Positions 48,417-61,600 of a stretch of DNA of 64,000 nt are shown piece after piece. The position numbers were made by a program, and so were the translations under genes. The notes under the pieces were generated by a model. It saw nothing but the letters and a program-made list of their open reading frames with translations, was not told the origin of the DNA and did no database searches. How positions within the stretch are numbered: position 1 is the first letter of the stretch; the number at the start of each line of letters is the position of its first letter. The stretch comes from Gnetum montanum (Eukaryota > Plantae > Gnetophyta), in NCBI GenBank assembly GCA_015680685.1, contig MNCI01000958.1, positions 313,330 to 377,329 of the forward strand, in the 5' to 3' direction.

Positions 48417-50571
48417 GAGTCTGTCATATGAGTAAATCCATATAAGGTTCTTTGAGATTCCTTGCCCTCGGAAGCTTTAGATATGCCACCATAATAATTG
48501 CTGTTGATATATTATGGTTGAGTTTCATGCGAGCACGGAGCTAGCATCGAAAGTGTTTAGAATTAGCTTGCATGAATTTGCTTCCTATTGATGAGGAATC
48601 ACTTCAAACATTTTTAACTTTCACAGCCATTTAGTATCACAATGTAGCTTTATAAAAGGAGAACATCAATGAAAAATCCATGTTTCATTATTTATTCACT
48701 TGTCATATATCTTGTTGCACTTGTGAAGATGCCACCCATTCCGGCATTATTTTGTCAGGTCTCTGTTTCTTGTGTAAAATTGAGTTTTGTAACTTTCAGC
48801 ATGAGCAAAAGATTGTATAGAGACGTCTTCAAAAAGTGCATGTTCTATTGAACCTTGTTGGAAGGCATAGTTTTTCAAGATTTCTATTTCTTACGCCAGT
48901 TCGCAACCCTAAAGTCACGGTAAGGTGAGCACTTCAGCTCTGAGACTCCCTTTGATTAATAAATTTTTTAAATTCATATTTTCAGAATGGGTACATTTCT
49001 GAGTAATGATATGATAAACTGGGCAAAGGAAAATAAAAAATGTACGCAACTGAGTGTTCGCTCTAGTTTAAGGAAAATAGTTGTAAATCATAAAGTTAAT
49101 ATGGGAAGTAAATTTTCAAATCTAAAGCTTTTAAATTTAAGCAGATAATGAACGTATGTATTGAAAGAATTTGGTAAAGATCTTTCTGAATGTAGAACTT
49201 GCTAAAGGCCTTTGAAGTTACGTTGAGGAGAGAATAACGGAAGTTTAAACATTAGCAAATGGAAGGGCGATTTTTATTAATAATGATCACAGGGTAGCAA
49301 AAGTGATCGAGAACTTTGATGAGAAGACTTGATTTGGACCTGCAGACGCTCGTTATATTGGTTACCAACATCAGCTTGTTATTTGAGATTATTCATGGAT
49401 ACAATGGCTCTTTTATAATTTTAACAAATGACTAATTAGTCCAATGCAGAGTTCTAAATGACAAGTGGCTCTGTTATTTAAGTTCTGTACTGCCACCATA
49501 GCTTATTCCAGATAATAATGAATTTAATTTGTACATAAGCTGGAAACTACCAGGTGTTAAATTCAAATGCAAATACAGAGTTTTACATATTAAAGCTTGC
49601 CAGCAAATCTCGTCTTTTTATTATGGATTTTAAAAATATTAAGGGATTCTAAAACTGTTTTGTATAAGAGATCTGAGAGGAGGGAGAAGGATTTAGTGGA
49701 AGTAATATTCAAAAAATTTTAGTTTCAATTTTATTATTTTTTCAACTAAATAGTGTTAAGGTTAAATAAATGTGAATTATTGATTTTTTAAAAATAAAAT
49801 TATAAATGAGATGTAATAAGTGCAACTTCTATCTTGGAAATTGTAGATCAAATTCTTTATAATGCTAACTAGCCCTAAAACATGACATTCCCATGAGACA
49901 TTGATTTCTATGATCATGGAAATAAATACTTTGTGTATTTCTCTAAATCTATGATTATTTAATGAAAAAATATCAAATAGAAGTTTACTACATTTGTTAT
50001 TTTGCTAGATTATTACTTTGGATTAGGTCACTAACGTGGTAGTATTACCATTATAATTGTTGAAATTGAAACTTTGATATATGTACATGTAAGCGATAGC
50101 ACCCAGTATTATGTAGATTGTTGTCCTCAAAAGGCTCATGTTTGACTCAAGTCTTTTTATGCTTTAAAAGAAGTCAATGCAAGTATATCATTAAAAAAGT
50201 GTTGTGCATCTTGCTAAGGGTTGCTTAAGCTAAAATTCTGGTAGCTATCTTTTTTCTTTAATGTTGCTTGGTAGAATGTGTTTTCAAGTAAGGTTTTAGC
50301 TAGTTAAGTTCTAGGCAATTTTTTAATAGCTAAGGGAAAGATATATATGTTCTTAAGACCTCTCAAAAACTTAATATTGATTCAAATGGTTGCCAAATGA
50401 TCTTATTCAAATGGTTGCCAAATGATTTTCTAGAACCAAAAACATAAGGAAATCCATCTCTACTTGAATATATGTCAAATTTTCATAAAGGAACATTTTT
50501 AATATATTCCATTTCCTAGTAATTCTTTCATGGCTTTTTAGTCAAGATATGGAGACAACTTCTTTAGAGGA

Positions 50572-51617
50572 TGTTAATTCCTTTGATAGGGGGGGCCTCC
50601 TTGATAAAATTGATTTTTGATGAGCCATGATATTGTATCTATAACAGCTCTACATACGTCATCGTTGATGTGATGTAGTGGGCCTTGGTCACCCCTATAA
50701 ATACCAACACTTAGTTGCACCAACAAACATCAACATTTTTGCAATTTGTTTTCATAGGTTGCACTTAGTGATAGGTGTTGAGCAGTTGAATGGAATTTTT
50801 ATTCAAGTTGTACTTAAGCACAATTTATGAACAACAATAAAGATCGAAATTGTTTTCCATCATTGCAACATCCACTTAGTTTCTTTGTTTTACCTAACTA
50901 ATTTCTTTACTTAGTTTAATTTTCTTGTACTTAAGCACAATTTATGAACAACAATAAAGATCGAAATTGTTTTCCATCATTGCAACATCCACTTAGTTTC
51001 TTTGTTTTACCTAACTAATTTCTTTACTTAGTTTAATTTTCATTTCTTCAATATACTTACTTTAGTATAGTTTTTTATATTTCTTAAGCACTTTACTTTT
51101 CCACATTCATTAGTGAGGTGGAATGAGTATAGTTGGTTTCAAGCATATAAGTGTAATCATTTGATAATCCCAGTAGTGTTATTGTTTGGTTCATCCAATA
51201 GCATAACACTTGGTAACCCAATGACGGTTACATGAGCCCAAGATGTGTATGGCAAGCTAGGAATGACTGCTCATCATCATAGGATAGAATAGACTTGCAT
51301 TTTTGTTATTACTTAGATTTAGATTTTATTCTCACCTTCATTATGTTTGCACTTAGGAGTAACATGAGCCAACAACATCAAGATATCATATGCCTCAGTT
51401 AGAGTTAAATCATACATTTGCACTTCTCTAACTTGAAGCAGGAAGACAACAATCACAAATCGATTATAAGCTTTTAGCATACTTATATTGTCCATCCACG
51501 GATTATAACCTGGCCAGGCATGTGCACTCGTGACTTGTATGATGGAGTGTTGGGATACCCTACCTTGTATGATGGAGTGTTGGGATACCCTACTGTTGAT
51601 CACTCCTTCTCTACTCA
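50572..51617 (+). mobile_element. Solo-LTR-like relic related to the LTR at 57349-58625
   Basis: 51162-51290 aligns with 58205-58310 (TAATCCCA...CACTTGGTAACCCA...CAAGATGTGTAT); CTATAAATA at ~50695; ends ACTCA. Boundaries uncertain. Confidence 0.5.
50808..51041. repeat. Perfect 117-bp tandem duplication
   Basis: TTGTACTTAAGCACAAT...GTTTAATTTTC twice. Confidence 0.9.
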
Positions 51618-51852
51618 ATGTTAATCCATGTTAATCCTCTCATGGAATGTCTAAGGTCTTACTAATACTCTTTAGGTGAAAGTTGCTAGCGAGTTACTTT
51701 GCACACAATGTTTATTTCTTGATTTTATTTTGCTTTTAAGGGATTGAAATTTCCAATTCAAATATAGGTAGGGCTAGCAACAAGTCTTCATAATTATACA
51801 ATGTTATTTACTAATTATAATATGGGTCAAGATGGCACACTTCTTATTACCC

Positions 51853-51991
51853 TAATAATGAGGTGTTGGCATAGTGTAAGCTCTAATTCATGTGTTTGAT
51901 TTTAGTGGACAATGCTAAGTTATAAAGTTCTATTTGGACTATATATCTTAGAGTATACCTATGTTTCAATTATTTTGGGTTCCAACACCCC
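51853..51991 (+). mobile_element. tRNA-derived SINE, same family as 28332-28477
   Basis: AATGAGGTGTTGGCATAGTG...CTAAGTTATAAAGTTCTAT...ACCTATGTTTCA...TCCAACACCCC. Confidence 0.7.
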
Positions 51992-52019
51992 TTAATATCA
52001 TTGATTTTTTATCTAATAA

Positions 52020-52370
52020 AAATATCTCCCCTAAGTGCCCTTTATGTAATGACCCTGAAACCTTTGTCCATGTTTTTTGGCTTTACCCATTTGCTCAGCA
52101 TGCTTGGGAATGGGCTTCTAAGGTTTTTCCCTCATGCACTCTTACACAAGAGGCCGTAATGTATGTTTGGTTTCTTACCTATCAGGTCCAAAAACTCTCA
52201 TTTCTTATGGAAGATCCTTAGGCCCATCATCTTATATAATATTTGGAAACGTAGATGTACCACACTTTTTCAAAAGACAATTATTTCAAACTCCTTACAA
52301 CTAACTACTTCGGAAAAAATGCAAATTCTTCGGCATGTTCACTTCCAAATTATATCTCAAGCCCAAGCCG
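52020..52370 (+). mobile_element. Old L1-type LINE 3' fragment (zf-RVT)
   Basis: KCPLCNDPETFVHVFW...AW and ILYNIWKRRC..LF. Confidence 0.65.
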
Positions 52371-54259
52371 TCGTGGTGGTGGGTGGTGTGGGTGGTTGGT
52401 TGGGGGGTGGTGTGGGGGTGCCCAAGCACAAGTGAGCTACCAACAAAACAAAAAGAAGGTTTCATATACACATTCCTTGGGTTATTTTATGGTGCTTTTG
52501 ATATGTTTGAGAGTTTTTATGATAAAATTGGTGGAACCTCTTAGCTTGTAGGTCATGAGCTCTTTGTTTAGTGTGATGTTAAGGAACAATTTTGTTTCCA
52601 TAATGTTATTAGTTTTTATCCTTATTGTGATGATTGGTTTACTTGGATTAACTTATCAAATAGTAAGAACCAAATTTTTGAAAACTTGATCAATTTTATT
52701 TTTGCAGTTACTCATTTTGATTTTGTAACAGAAAGGTTAAATTCCACAAAGATTCATTATCAGTTCATTTTTCTATTTCTCTTAATTTGGAATTTGATTT
52801 TGAATCTCCAATTTAACATTAGAAGCCTTTTCGTATGAATGCATCATTCTTTCTTTCTCCATTCAAAAAGACATTTTGAGGTCTCTTTGAAATGGTAAAA
52901 TGAAACCCTTTGGTAATTCAAGTTGGATTGTTTAATGACCACATGCCATATAGCATATTAGAAATTCTGCTCACTATTGTGTAAACAAATTACCAAGAGA
53001 TAAAGCGAGACTTTTAAAAAATTGTAGATATGGATTCGAATCAAGACATTACATTTTTTACGTTTGATTATACTAAAGTCTAATATAGAATTGAATGATA
53101 TTTTATTATTGCTTATCTTAGTAAATATGACTCTAAAGATAAATTTATTTTAAGAGTTATGACTTTTTTTGCTAAAAGCATTAGTAGCCATGAATGTTGA
53201 TCATGTCAAGCAGTGTTGTCCTCTTTGATCCTATCTCTTCAAAAGGATCAAAAATCTAATTTGCTGCAAGGAATATTTAGTAAGAATATTATTCCCTCCT
53301 TACTAATTATGCATTCCACATAAGACTCTCCTTTTTTTATGATAAGGAAAGACAAAGCTATTGAAGATTGTTATTTTTATTATGTTAATCAATATTGAAG
53401 ACTTTTAAGCTCTCAAATTAATTAGTCAAAATATTCTATTTTCTACAATATGGGATTTCAAGATTGTGCTTTCTCTAAATCTTGGCATTTGCTAGAAAAT
53501 CAGACAACTTCAAGTTGTTAGACATTCCTACTTCCTTTACTAGATGCTCAAAAGCTTTATGGAATGTTACAGTCACAACAATTAGGTAAAAAAAACTTTC
53601 TAAATAGAAACACAAGAAGTTTTCAAGGGTTGAAAAGTTTATTGTTTATAAGTATATCATCTAATAAACTAGTATGGATCCTTGGAAGTTTCTTTTTTGT
53701 AAGCACATCTAGATAGGTAAGTCTAGAGGTAGTGATTTCTAGAAAGATAGATATTTTTTAAACTAGGTTCATTCTTTGAAAGTTATAACTATCCTAGACT
53801 ATATTACCATAAGTTGGAAGTCTTGAAGTTTTATCAGTGATTTTTAGAATTTTAACAATTTTACAATTCCCACTTCAATGCTTAATAAGTTATCTCCTTA
53901 GTCTTCCCATTAATAATGAACTATGGGCTATTAAATGTCCATGCCTTTGCAATAAACAATGTAAGCTTAGAATTATTTCTATTTCATCTCTTTGTATGTA
54001 TAATCAATGCATTTCTTGGTTGACGTATCAAATTCTCTATAGCATTAATGCCTCTAAAAAGTCCATCATTTTTTATCTCTTATATAATCCGGAAGAAACT
54101 TTAATTATTCAAGATTCTAATGATGATCTTCTTGATATTTCATCCTTGGGATCCCACCTCATTACATTTTTTTAGTTTGCATTGCTTATCAATTAATAAA
54201 GATTTCATATCATCCTTTTTCTTGTTCACATAACCCAAAGATCATCCTTCTTTTTACAA

Positions 54260-54352
54260 TTTATAACTTAGTGTTGCCTTGTAGAATCGAACCTATGACC
54301 TTGGGTTACTAGGCCAAGACCCTTTACACTAGGCTAACACCTCATTGTTATT
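54260..54352 (-). mobile_element. tRNA-derived SINE head (best-preserved A/B boxes)
   Basis: Minus strand reads GAGGTGTTAGCCTAGTG (A box)...CCTAGTAACCCAAGGTCATAGGTTCGATTC (B box). Confidence 0.7.
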
Positions 54353-57348
54353 AATTTGATAGATCCAAGGGGTCTTAGTTAATGTAAGTAAAAATTTTAG
54401 TTTCGATTTCACATTTAAGTTACATGCAATCGATTAGAGTTATTTCATAACATCCAAGATTAGGGTGTCACAATTGGTATCAAAGCAAACCACAATTTAG
54501 GACCAAGAATTCAAGTTAAGTGGAATGTATAATAAGAGGAGAAGAGTACATGAAGAAAATTCATCATTATAAATAAATTTATTAGTGAATATTTAGGGTA
54601 CATTTATTCTAAAGATGTGGGAAAAAGAAAACATTTAAGGTGGTGCTTGATATTTGGTAAGCACATCTCTTCTATGATCAGCCAATACATTGCCTTCCAC
54701 AATAAAAGCATAAGGTTTTTCTAATAAGTGAACACTGTAAAATAATTCCTAGGAAATTATAATACAATGATCAACAACTTTTTCACTCATTAATATGTGC
54801 CTTCCAACTCCTTATATCATCCTCCAATTGACCTATTCCTATGTAAGAAGCCTCATTTCAATAATTAACACTCTTTACATCATTTTGTAAACCAAAAGAA
54901 TAGGGATAACAATACATTTAAAAATGAACATTAATTATGAATGAGCAGTACCTCAAGACCCATCTTTTCTAGTTGTAAGATATTGGCCAATTTCATTGAA
55001 TGTCAAGCATAAGAATATGAACATTCCAATTTTCCCAACACCTTCTCAAAGGATTTTCACTCCTCTAGATAGTCATCTTTAATGGGATGATGAATGAAGA
55101 CTTCCCCTCTTCAAATGTGACTAAATCTTAAGGAAAATTATATTTGTTGCTTGATTGAGAATAGAAGACATGTTCTAGTTAAGCACATTAAGCCCCATTT
55201 GAACTCAATCCCATAGAAGGTAGAAACCACAAAATTCCTCATCTATAGCATGATCCCATTGACAAAAGGATACATGAGTATTTTCAATCATGGTCATGTC
55301 AATCGGTTCTATGGAGGTCTTAGATAAGTCAAGAAGTTGAAGTTAGATAAGTCAAGAAGTTGAAGTAGGTGTGTATCAAGGGAATCAATGACCAAACTCA
55401 AAGGAGACAAACTTTGATATTCCCACCTAAGACTAGAGGATACAATAAGTACTTGAGGAGGAAGATCTACACAAGGAGAAGAACCCCTAAGAGTTTGTAA
55501 CTATTTGGAAGGCTTTTCAGTATTCCTCTTCAAACTACTTCTTTACTATACTATAGAAACTATAATTCATGAAAAACCTAAAGAAATAATAAAGTATGAT
55601 GTAACTAACTGGAAAAATAGTTTAAAAATAAAAAATAAAAAAATAAATAAAATAGGGATAGAAAGTACCCAAGTTTGAGTTTGGGATTCTTCCCTTTGAC
55701 TGGTTTGTGATTGAATTTTCCTAGATGGAAATCAATTTTTATACTTCACCCATCAAGCTATATTTTCTTACTAAAGCCACCTAGTCAAAGGCACTAAAAT
55801 ATAAAAAATATGTATAATAAAATACACTATAATAGTATTAGTAATAACCATAAGTAAGAGATAGAATTGTACCTTAGAAAGTACTTGTAAGTCTTGAGAA
55901 TTCAAATCGTCATCCATGGTTCCACCACAAGATCATCTTGAGCAAGTACAATCATAGGCTGTGAATTGTCTTTGATAAACTCAATCACAAATTATGGGTC
56001 TATTACTAACAAAAAAAGATCATCACATAAAGCCACAATGCTCATCTTACTAGGTGGAGTCCTAGGAGGGTTGGTAGATGAGTGAAAAACTAACCTCTTG
56101 AAGTGGCTACACCCAGGATTGAACGCAAGTTTTCAACTTAAAAAATGAACACCTTACCATCACTCCAAATGATGATCCTTGGGTCTATTACTAACAAATG
56201 CAATAAAAAAATATATGATTAATAAAAACTTTATAGAATGTAAAAGAAAAAAAATTATTTTACCTAATAAGAAGATCCTTCAAGTTCACCACTATCCTTA
56301 GGAATTTGACATCGATTTAAGATAGTACAACCATGCTCAATCCTTAGAAGGTTGTTGTGGGATAGAAAAGGATTTCCTTGTGAAAGATCTAGGGTTGGCA
56401 CTAACTCTTTATAATAATAAAAGTAACCATCACAATAACATCTGATTAGATAAATGAAGAGAGGAGAAATGAAAAACATTCCATATGTGCAAGGGCACAA
56501 GGAATGAAGGAATTCAAACAAAAGTATTTCAAATAATAAACATCAATCATATTGTCTACCCTCTTTTGCACCATGCAAAATATAGATATTATGCACCCTA
56601 ACCCTAGTAGTTTCCTGCAACCAATACAATCTACCAGGTAATAAGCAACAAAAGTAAAATTTATTCTCATCATTGAAGTGCTCTTTCATAAAACCTTGAG
56701 GAGGAATTTGTCCTATATTTACATAATCAAATAGTTGTTCATAGAAAATGTACAAGTAGCAGATGATTGACTATTAATGAGGATAGAATTTTAACCCCTA
56801 TGGAAATCAAAGCAACCTCTAAGAAGAGTAAGATTTATTTAGAGTCTATAGTCTTGATAAATAAAAAACCAAACTTCAAGAACTTAAATAACGATAGTAA
56901 TGAAAAAGCCAAATATCTAAATATTTTGAATAAAAATTCATATGAAAATTTGAAAATAATAGTAAATCAAAAAGATGGAAGGATTGGATGTAAGAATATA
57001 AAATATTATTTAACAACCTAGCAACTTGAACATAAACCTCTAAAAGGGATTTTAAATCCAAAGAAAGTGAGGAAAATATTTCCTAAGCATTGTTTAGCAA
57101 TGTTAAAAGTTGAAGCCATGTTGATAATAAGAAATTATAGTAGCAATAAAAACTAAAGAAGATGATGAGAGTATGATATTGTGAATAAGATATGGTAGGT
57201 ATTTTTAAAATATAGAGGATTGATTAGGGCTACTTAATGGATAAAGTTACCATTCTTCAAACATCACTCATCAAAACTTCCACAACCTCATGCTTGAAAT
57301 CCCAAATTTCTTAAGCCCTTTCTACTAGCTACCATTGATTTGGTTAGT

Positions 57349-57361
57349 TGTTAAAACATAG

Positions 57362-57392
<31 letters not shown>

Positions 57393-58625
57393 CATAATAA
57401 ATATTATAGACACACACATATAAAATTTGTGTGGGCCATGTCAATCATGCATTCATGTAATAGTACTGGTCACGAACCGCACATCCCTATAGTACCACTA
57501 ATGGCACCTACTGTGCCCATTGCACATCCATGCAACAACACATGCTACCATCTAACTCATTTTTTCTTATTCAAAAAATAACCCTTAGGGTTTTATTTTT
57601 TGCATGGTGAGTGCTACCCTATGGCACCTAGTTGCACATAAGCATAGTGGGATCATGCTGCAATGTTGTGAGCATCAAAGTGTCACGTCAATAGACCCCC
57701 GTTGACATGGCCTCGTCAATGGGCCCCCATCGACTAGGCCCCATTTACGTGGTGTTGCCCCATCGACAAGGCCACGTCGACATAGCATTTGCTATGTGTA
57801 CAAGGCCTCATCGACGCAACCCAATAGTAAAAACTATAAATATGAGCTCACATCTATGTTTATGGGAAGGAGAGTCATAATTGTAGTAAAGCTCTTACAG
57901 GTTTTCCATTTGAGAGTTAGAATATTTATCTAAGTACCCACAGCAAGAGTCAGAAAGTGTACAAATCTTTATTCAAGCATTGTTGTACCTAAACCACATT
58001 AGTGTGTATGATAGTAAAGACAAGCCTTTTGATTAAACCTTGCAGCACTTAGAATAGATTAATGATTTATTTATGCATTTATTATTTTCATTAAATATGC
58101 AATTAATTAAGCTCAATTAGACTTTAAGCAATTATTTAATCAATTAAGTTAAATAGATTAAACAAATAAGTATGACCTCTTCAAGAATAAACATGTATTT
58201 GCTTGGTAATCCCAACAATGTTATTGCTTAGTTCACCTAGTAGCATAGCACTTGGTAACCCAGCAATGGATACATGAGTTCAAGATGTGTATAGAAAGTG
58301 GGACTGGATGCTTATTTTAGGACTAGTTAGAGACTAGTTAAGTAGTTAAATTAAATTAGTTATTAAATTACTTCATCTCTCTACTTTAAGTACCAAGGAA
58401 CATAAAACATAAAACAATAAAAATCATATGTCTCGATTACACTTAACAATACCTTTGTACATCACAAGTGTAATTGGGAAGACAACAAATGATAATTAGG
58501 GTAGGGTTCACTTCCTAGAAGACTAGTATACCGAAAGACATAAAGTCCGCAGAATTCAACTAGATGGCATGTGAAGGCTTCGTGATTCGTATGGTTGACC
58601 GTAGGGGTACCTTCATCACTCATCA
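57349..58625 (+). repeat. 5' LTR of Ty3/gypsy element
   Basis: Ends ...CATCA just before the PBS; CTATAAAT at ~57834; the TG start at 57349 is tentative. Confidence 0.6.
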
Positions 58626-58626
58626 T

Positions 58627-58644
58627 TGGCACCATTGTTGGGGA
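58627..58644 (+). other. Primer-binding site, Athila type
   Basis: TGGCACCATTGTTGGGGA is a deaminated form of the TGGCGCCGTTGCCGGGGA site typical of Athila elements. Confidence 0.7.
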
Positions 58645-61600
58645 CTCTTTTTGTCTGAAACATGTGCTATCTAGGTTTAGTGAATATCAATAACATCGTT
58701 GGATGAACCCTAAGGTCAACATCATTCTCACACATAATATAATCACATAAGCACACTGATATTTTATTTGTTTTGCAAAATATCTTCTTCTAATAGGCAA
58801 GATGATACAAAACCACCCATTCCTCAAGAATGTAAGGTGGTATATACTCATCCAGATGAGTATGTGCCTCACTTCACCTTCATCTTGCATCAAGATGAAC
58901 AACTATAATGGCGTGATATGGAAGGCAACATTGTAATGCCTCTTGATCAATCTGTGCTTGTGATGCTACTTCAAACTCTTGAGAAGTTAGGCATCCAAGA
59001 TCTTTAAGAGGAGTATGTTATGCATGATTACAACTATTGGGACTACCATCCCACTGAAACACAACGTAAGAGAGATTGACACCAGGAAAAGCAACATGAG
59101 CTTGTGAAGGGAAAACAATGTGGGATCCCTTGTTCTTGCTTAACCAAGACAATAATGAGGACCCTTCCTTTGGGGGCTCTCAACATGAAAATTCTCAACC
59201 CCTCATTACTAGTGATGAGGGTGTGGCCCTGAATCTGCTATCCACTATCAACAATGCAGATTTGGCTAAAGATGGCAGTCAAGGTAGGGGCTCGGACAAG
59301 CATCAAGATGATAAGAAACCTGATGGACATGGCCATGACAACCAAAGGGGAGTCTATAGATACCATGGTGGTGGCAATCCTCCTCCCTCTTTGTCCTCTT
59401 CATTTGCATATTTTTCTTCTTCCTCTTTTGGTTTTGACAAATGTTGTAGAAAGAACAATCGGGATGGAGGTGAATAGTGGGACAACAATAATGATTGTTA
59501 AGCCCATAATGAATAAAGGGGTAAGTGAGGGCATCATTAATGACAACAAAATAATGATGATGATGAGCCTTTACTAGAAACCTGAAGTATGTTAAATATT
59601 GTAGAGGCTATAAAAATTCCAACTAAGCATGTGAGAGATAGTTAGATCAAGCGTCTGGATATGAACAATATTCCTAGATTTGAGGGGGGATATAACTCTC
59701 ATCCACAAACACATCTCCAAGCTTTCCAAAATGCATGTGCCTTACAAAATATTGAAAATGATTAGTAGAAATTAAAGTTATTTCCCAAGACACTCATCAA
59801 GAAAGTAGAAAGCTGGTACTTGTCCTTGGAGCCAGAATCTATTCATGGGTGGAGTATAATGCTAGAGCTATTTAATGATAAGTATTAGACGTACTTCAGA
59901 GTGTTTAATCTTAGAAGGCAAATCCAAGGATGGAAGAAAGGAAACCACGAACCCTTGAATGTCACCATGGGTAGATACTATTCTCTCATACACTGATTAC
60001 CTAGCCATGGTTATTCTCAAAGGGAACAACTTTGCCATATCATTGATGGACTTACATTGGAAATAAGGAGAACTCTTGGGGTCTATGCCCAAGGGAGACT
60101 ATAAAAACTTTGAGCCCATCAAATCCAAAGGCTAATTAAGCAAGTAGAAAAAGAAGAAGGAGAGTTGAAAAAACGAGAAAGTGTAGAGGAATACAATAGG
60201 GATCCTTCCATCAAAAAGAGGAAAGTCCAATTTTGCGACAGTGAGAAAGAATCACCTCTTAATGAGGTGTCAACATAAAGACCTTGTCGATCTAAAAATC
60301 TACATCTAAAATTTTAGCCAAGGTAGATAAAATGTGGTATTCGTTAGATGAAAAATTTCAAACTGCTCTAAAAATCACCAACGAATGAAAAGAGCAAAGT
60401 AGTGATCATAACCACAAGAGGTAGAAAGAAGTTGAACGTGCCTACCAAAGGGATAAGGACAATGTTGCTACAGTAGATGAAGTTGTGTAACTAAATCAGA
60501 TGATGATGGTAGATGTGACATCTGTTAATATGAACATCCCAAGGGATGTTGTTGCATCATGTCACACTTACAAGAGTATAGGATGTATGCTTTAGATCCA
60601 TGACTAGCAAGAAGGCAAGCACCCAGAAGGTTGTCTTATCCTCAAGACAATCCCATGCAGTCACATCAACAATAGCAATATTATCCAAGTGGAGTGCCAC
60701 TACAACCATATGAGAAATACCAACAGTGGCACCAACCATAGTCATGGGGGATGCCACCACCAAGGCAGTAATACCCTTACAGGCAACTAGATCCTATGGG
60801 TATTACATTTAGCAACCACTATCTACACATGACTCTTCCAATCATGCTTCTCCCTTCCAGCATCACTACTACCCTCTTGCATACTACAAAGCTAATTCTC
60901 CACATTCCATGAGGGATTCCACATTCCATTCTTATCCTTCTCCTATTCCTACACCTGTTCCTCCACCCTCAACCCAACTACCTACTCCATCTATGCAGAG
61001 TGAACTTCTAACCCAGCCATAGCAACGTAATGCTACTAGGGTCGTCAATCTATAAATGGTTCATCAACCAAGGGGTTCAAAACCTTGTGCTTGTAAAAGG
61101 CCCTTTTTCCAACCTAACAGCCCTACTAAGACCTCATAGACTCAGGTGGCTAATCACCCTACTCCTACTTCATCCTCTACAAATCATTTCATCGAGTCCC
61201 CTTCAAACCAAATGCCGCCCAAAATCCATACTATCATGCTTAATCATGTTGTATCTAACTAGATCTGGGCTAGCAACCTTTCTAGGAAATTAGCTGATCT
61301 TAGAAGTCTCCTTATCTATCTACAGCTTGCTAGGAATGAACTATCTAAGGCTCTTCTTGATTTATGTTTTGGTGTGAATTTTATTTCTCATGAGATGTAT
61401 AATGCTTAGAACCTACACCTCTCAAGAGGAGTCATATCAAATTGGAATTGATAAGCTAGTCCATCACTATTCCATTAAGACTCGTCAAAGACATTATAAC
61501 CATTGTCTATGGATGGTCTTATCCTACCAACTTCTTGGTAATCAAGGTTGAAAACTACAAGGGGGACTTCCCAATCATTATGGAAAGGGCATGGTTAAGC

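Noticed and set aside
54260-54352. Functional tRNA gene
   Set aside because: No complete acceptor stem, and related copies carry a TSD and non-tRNA tail; it is a SINE.
52900-57300. Possible highly decayed minus-strand L1 (ORF1/APE-like traces) and PBS-like TGGTATCAAAGC near 54475
   Set aside because: Too eroded to define boundaries or family.
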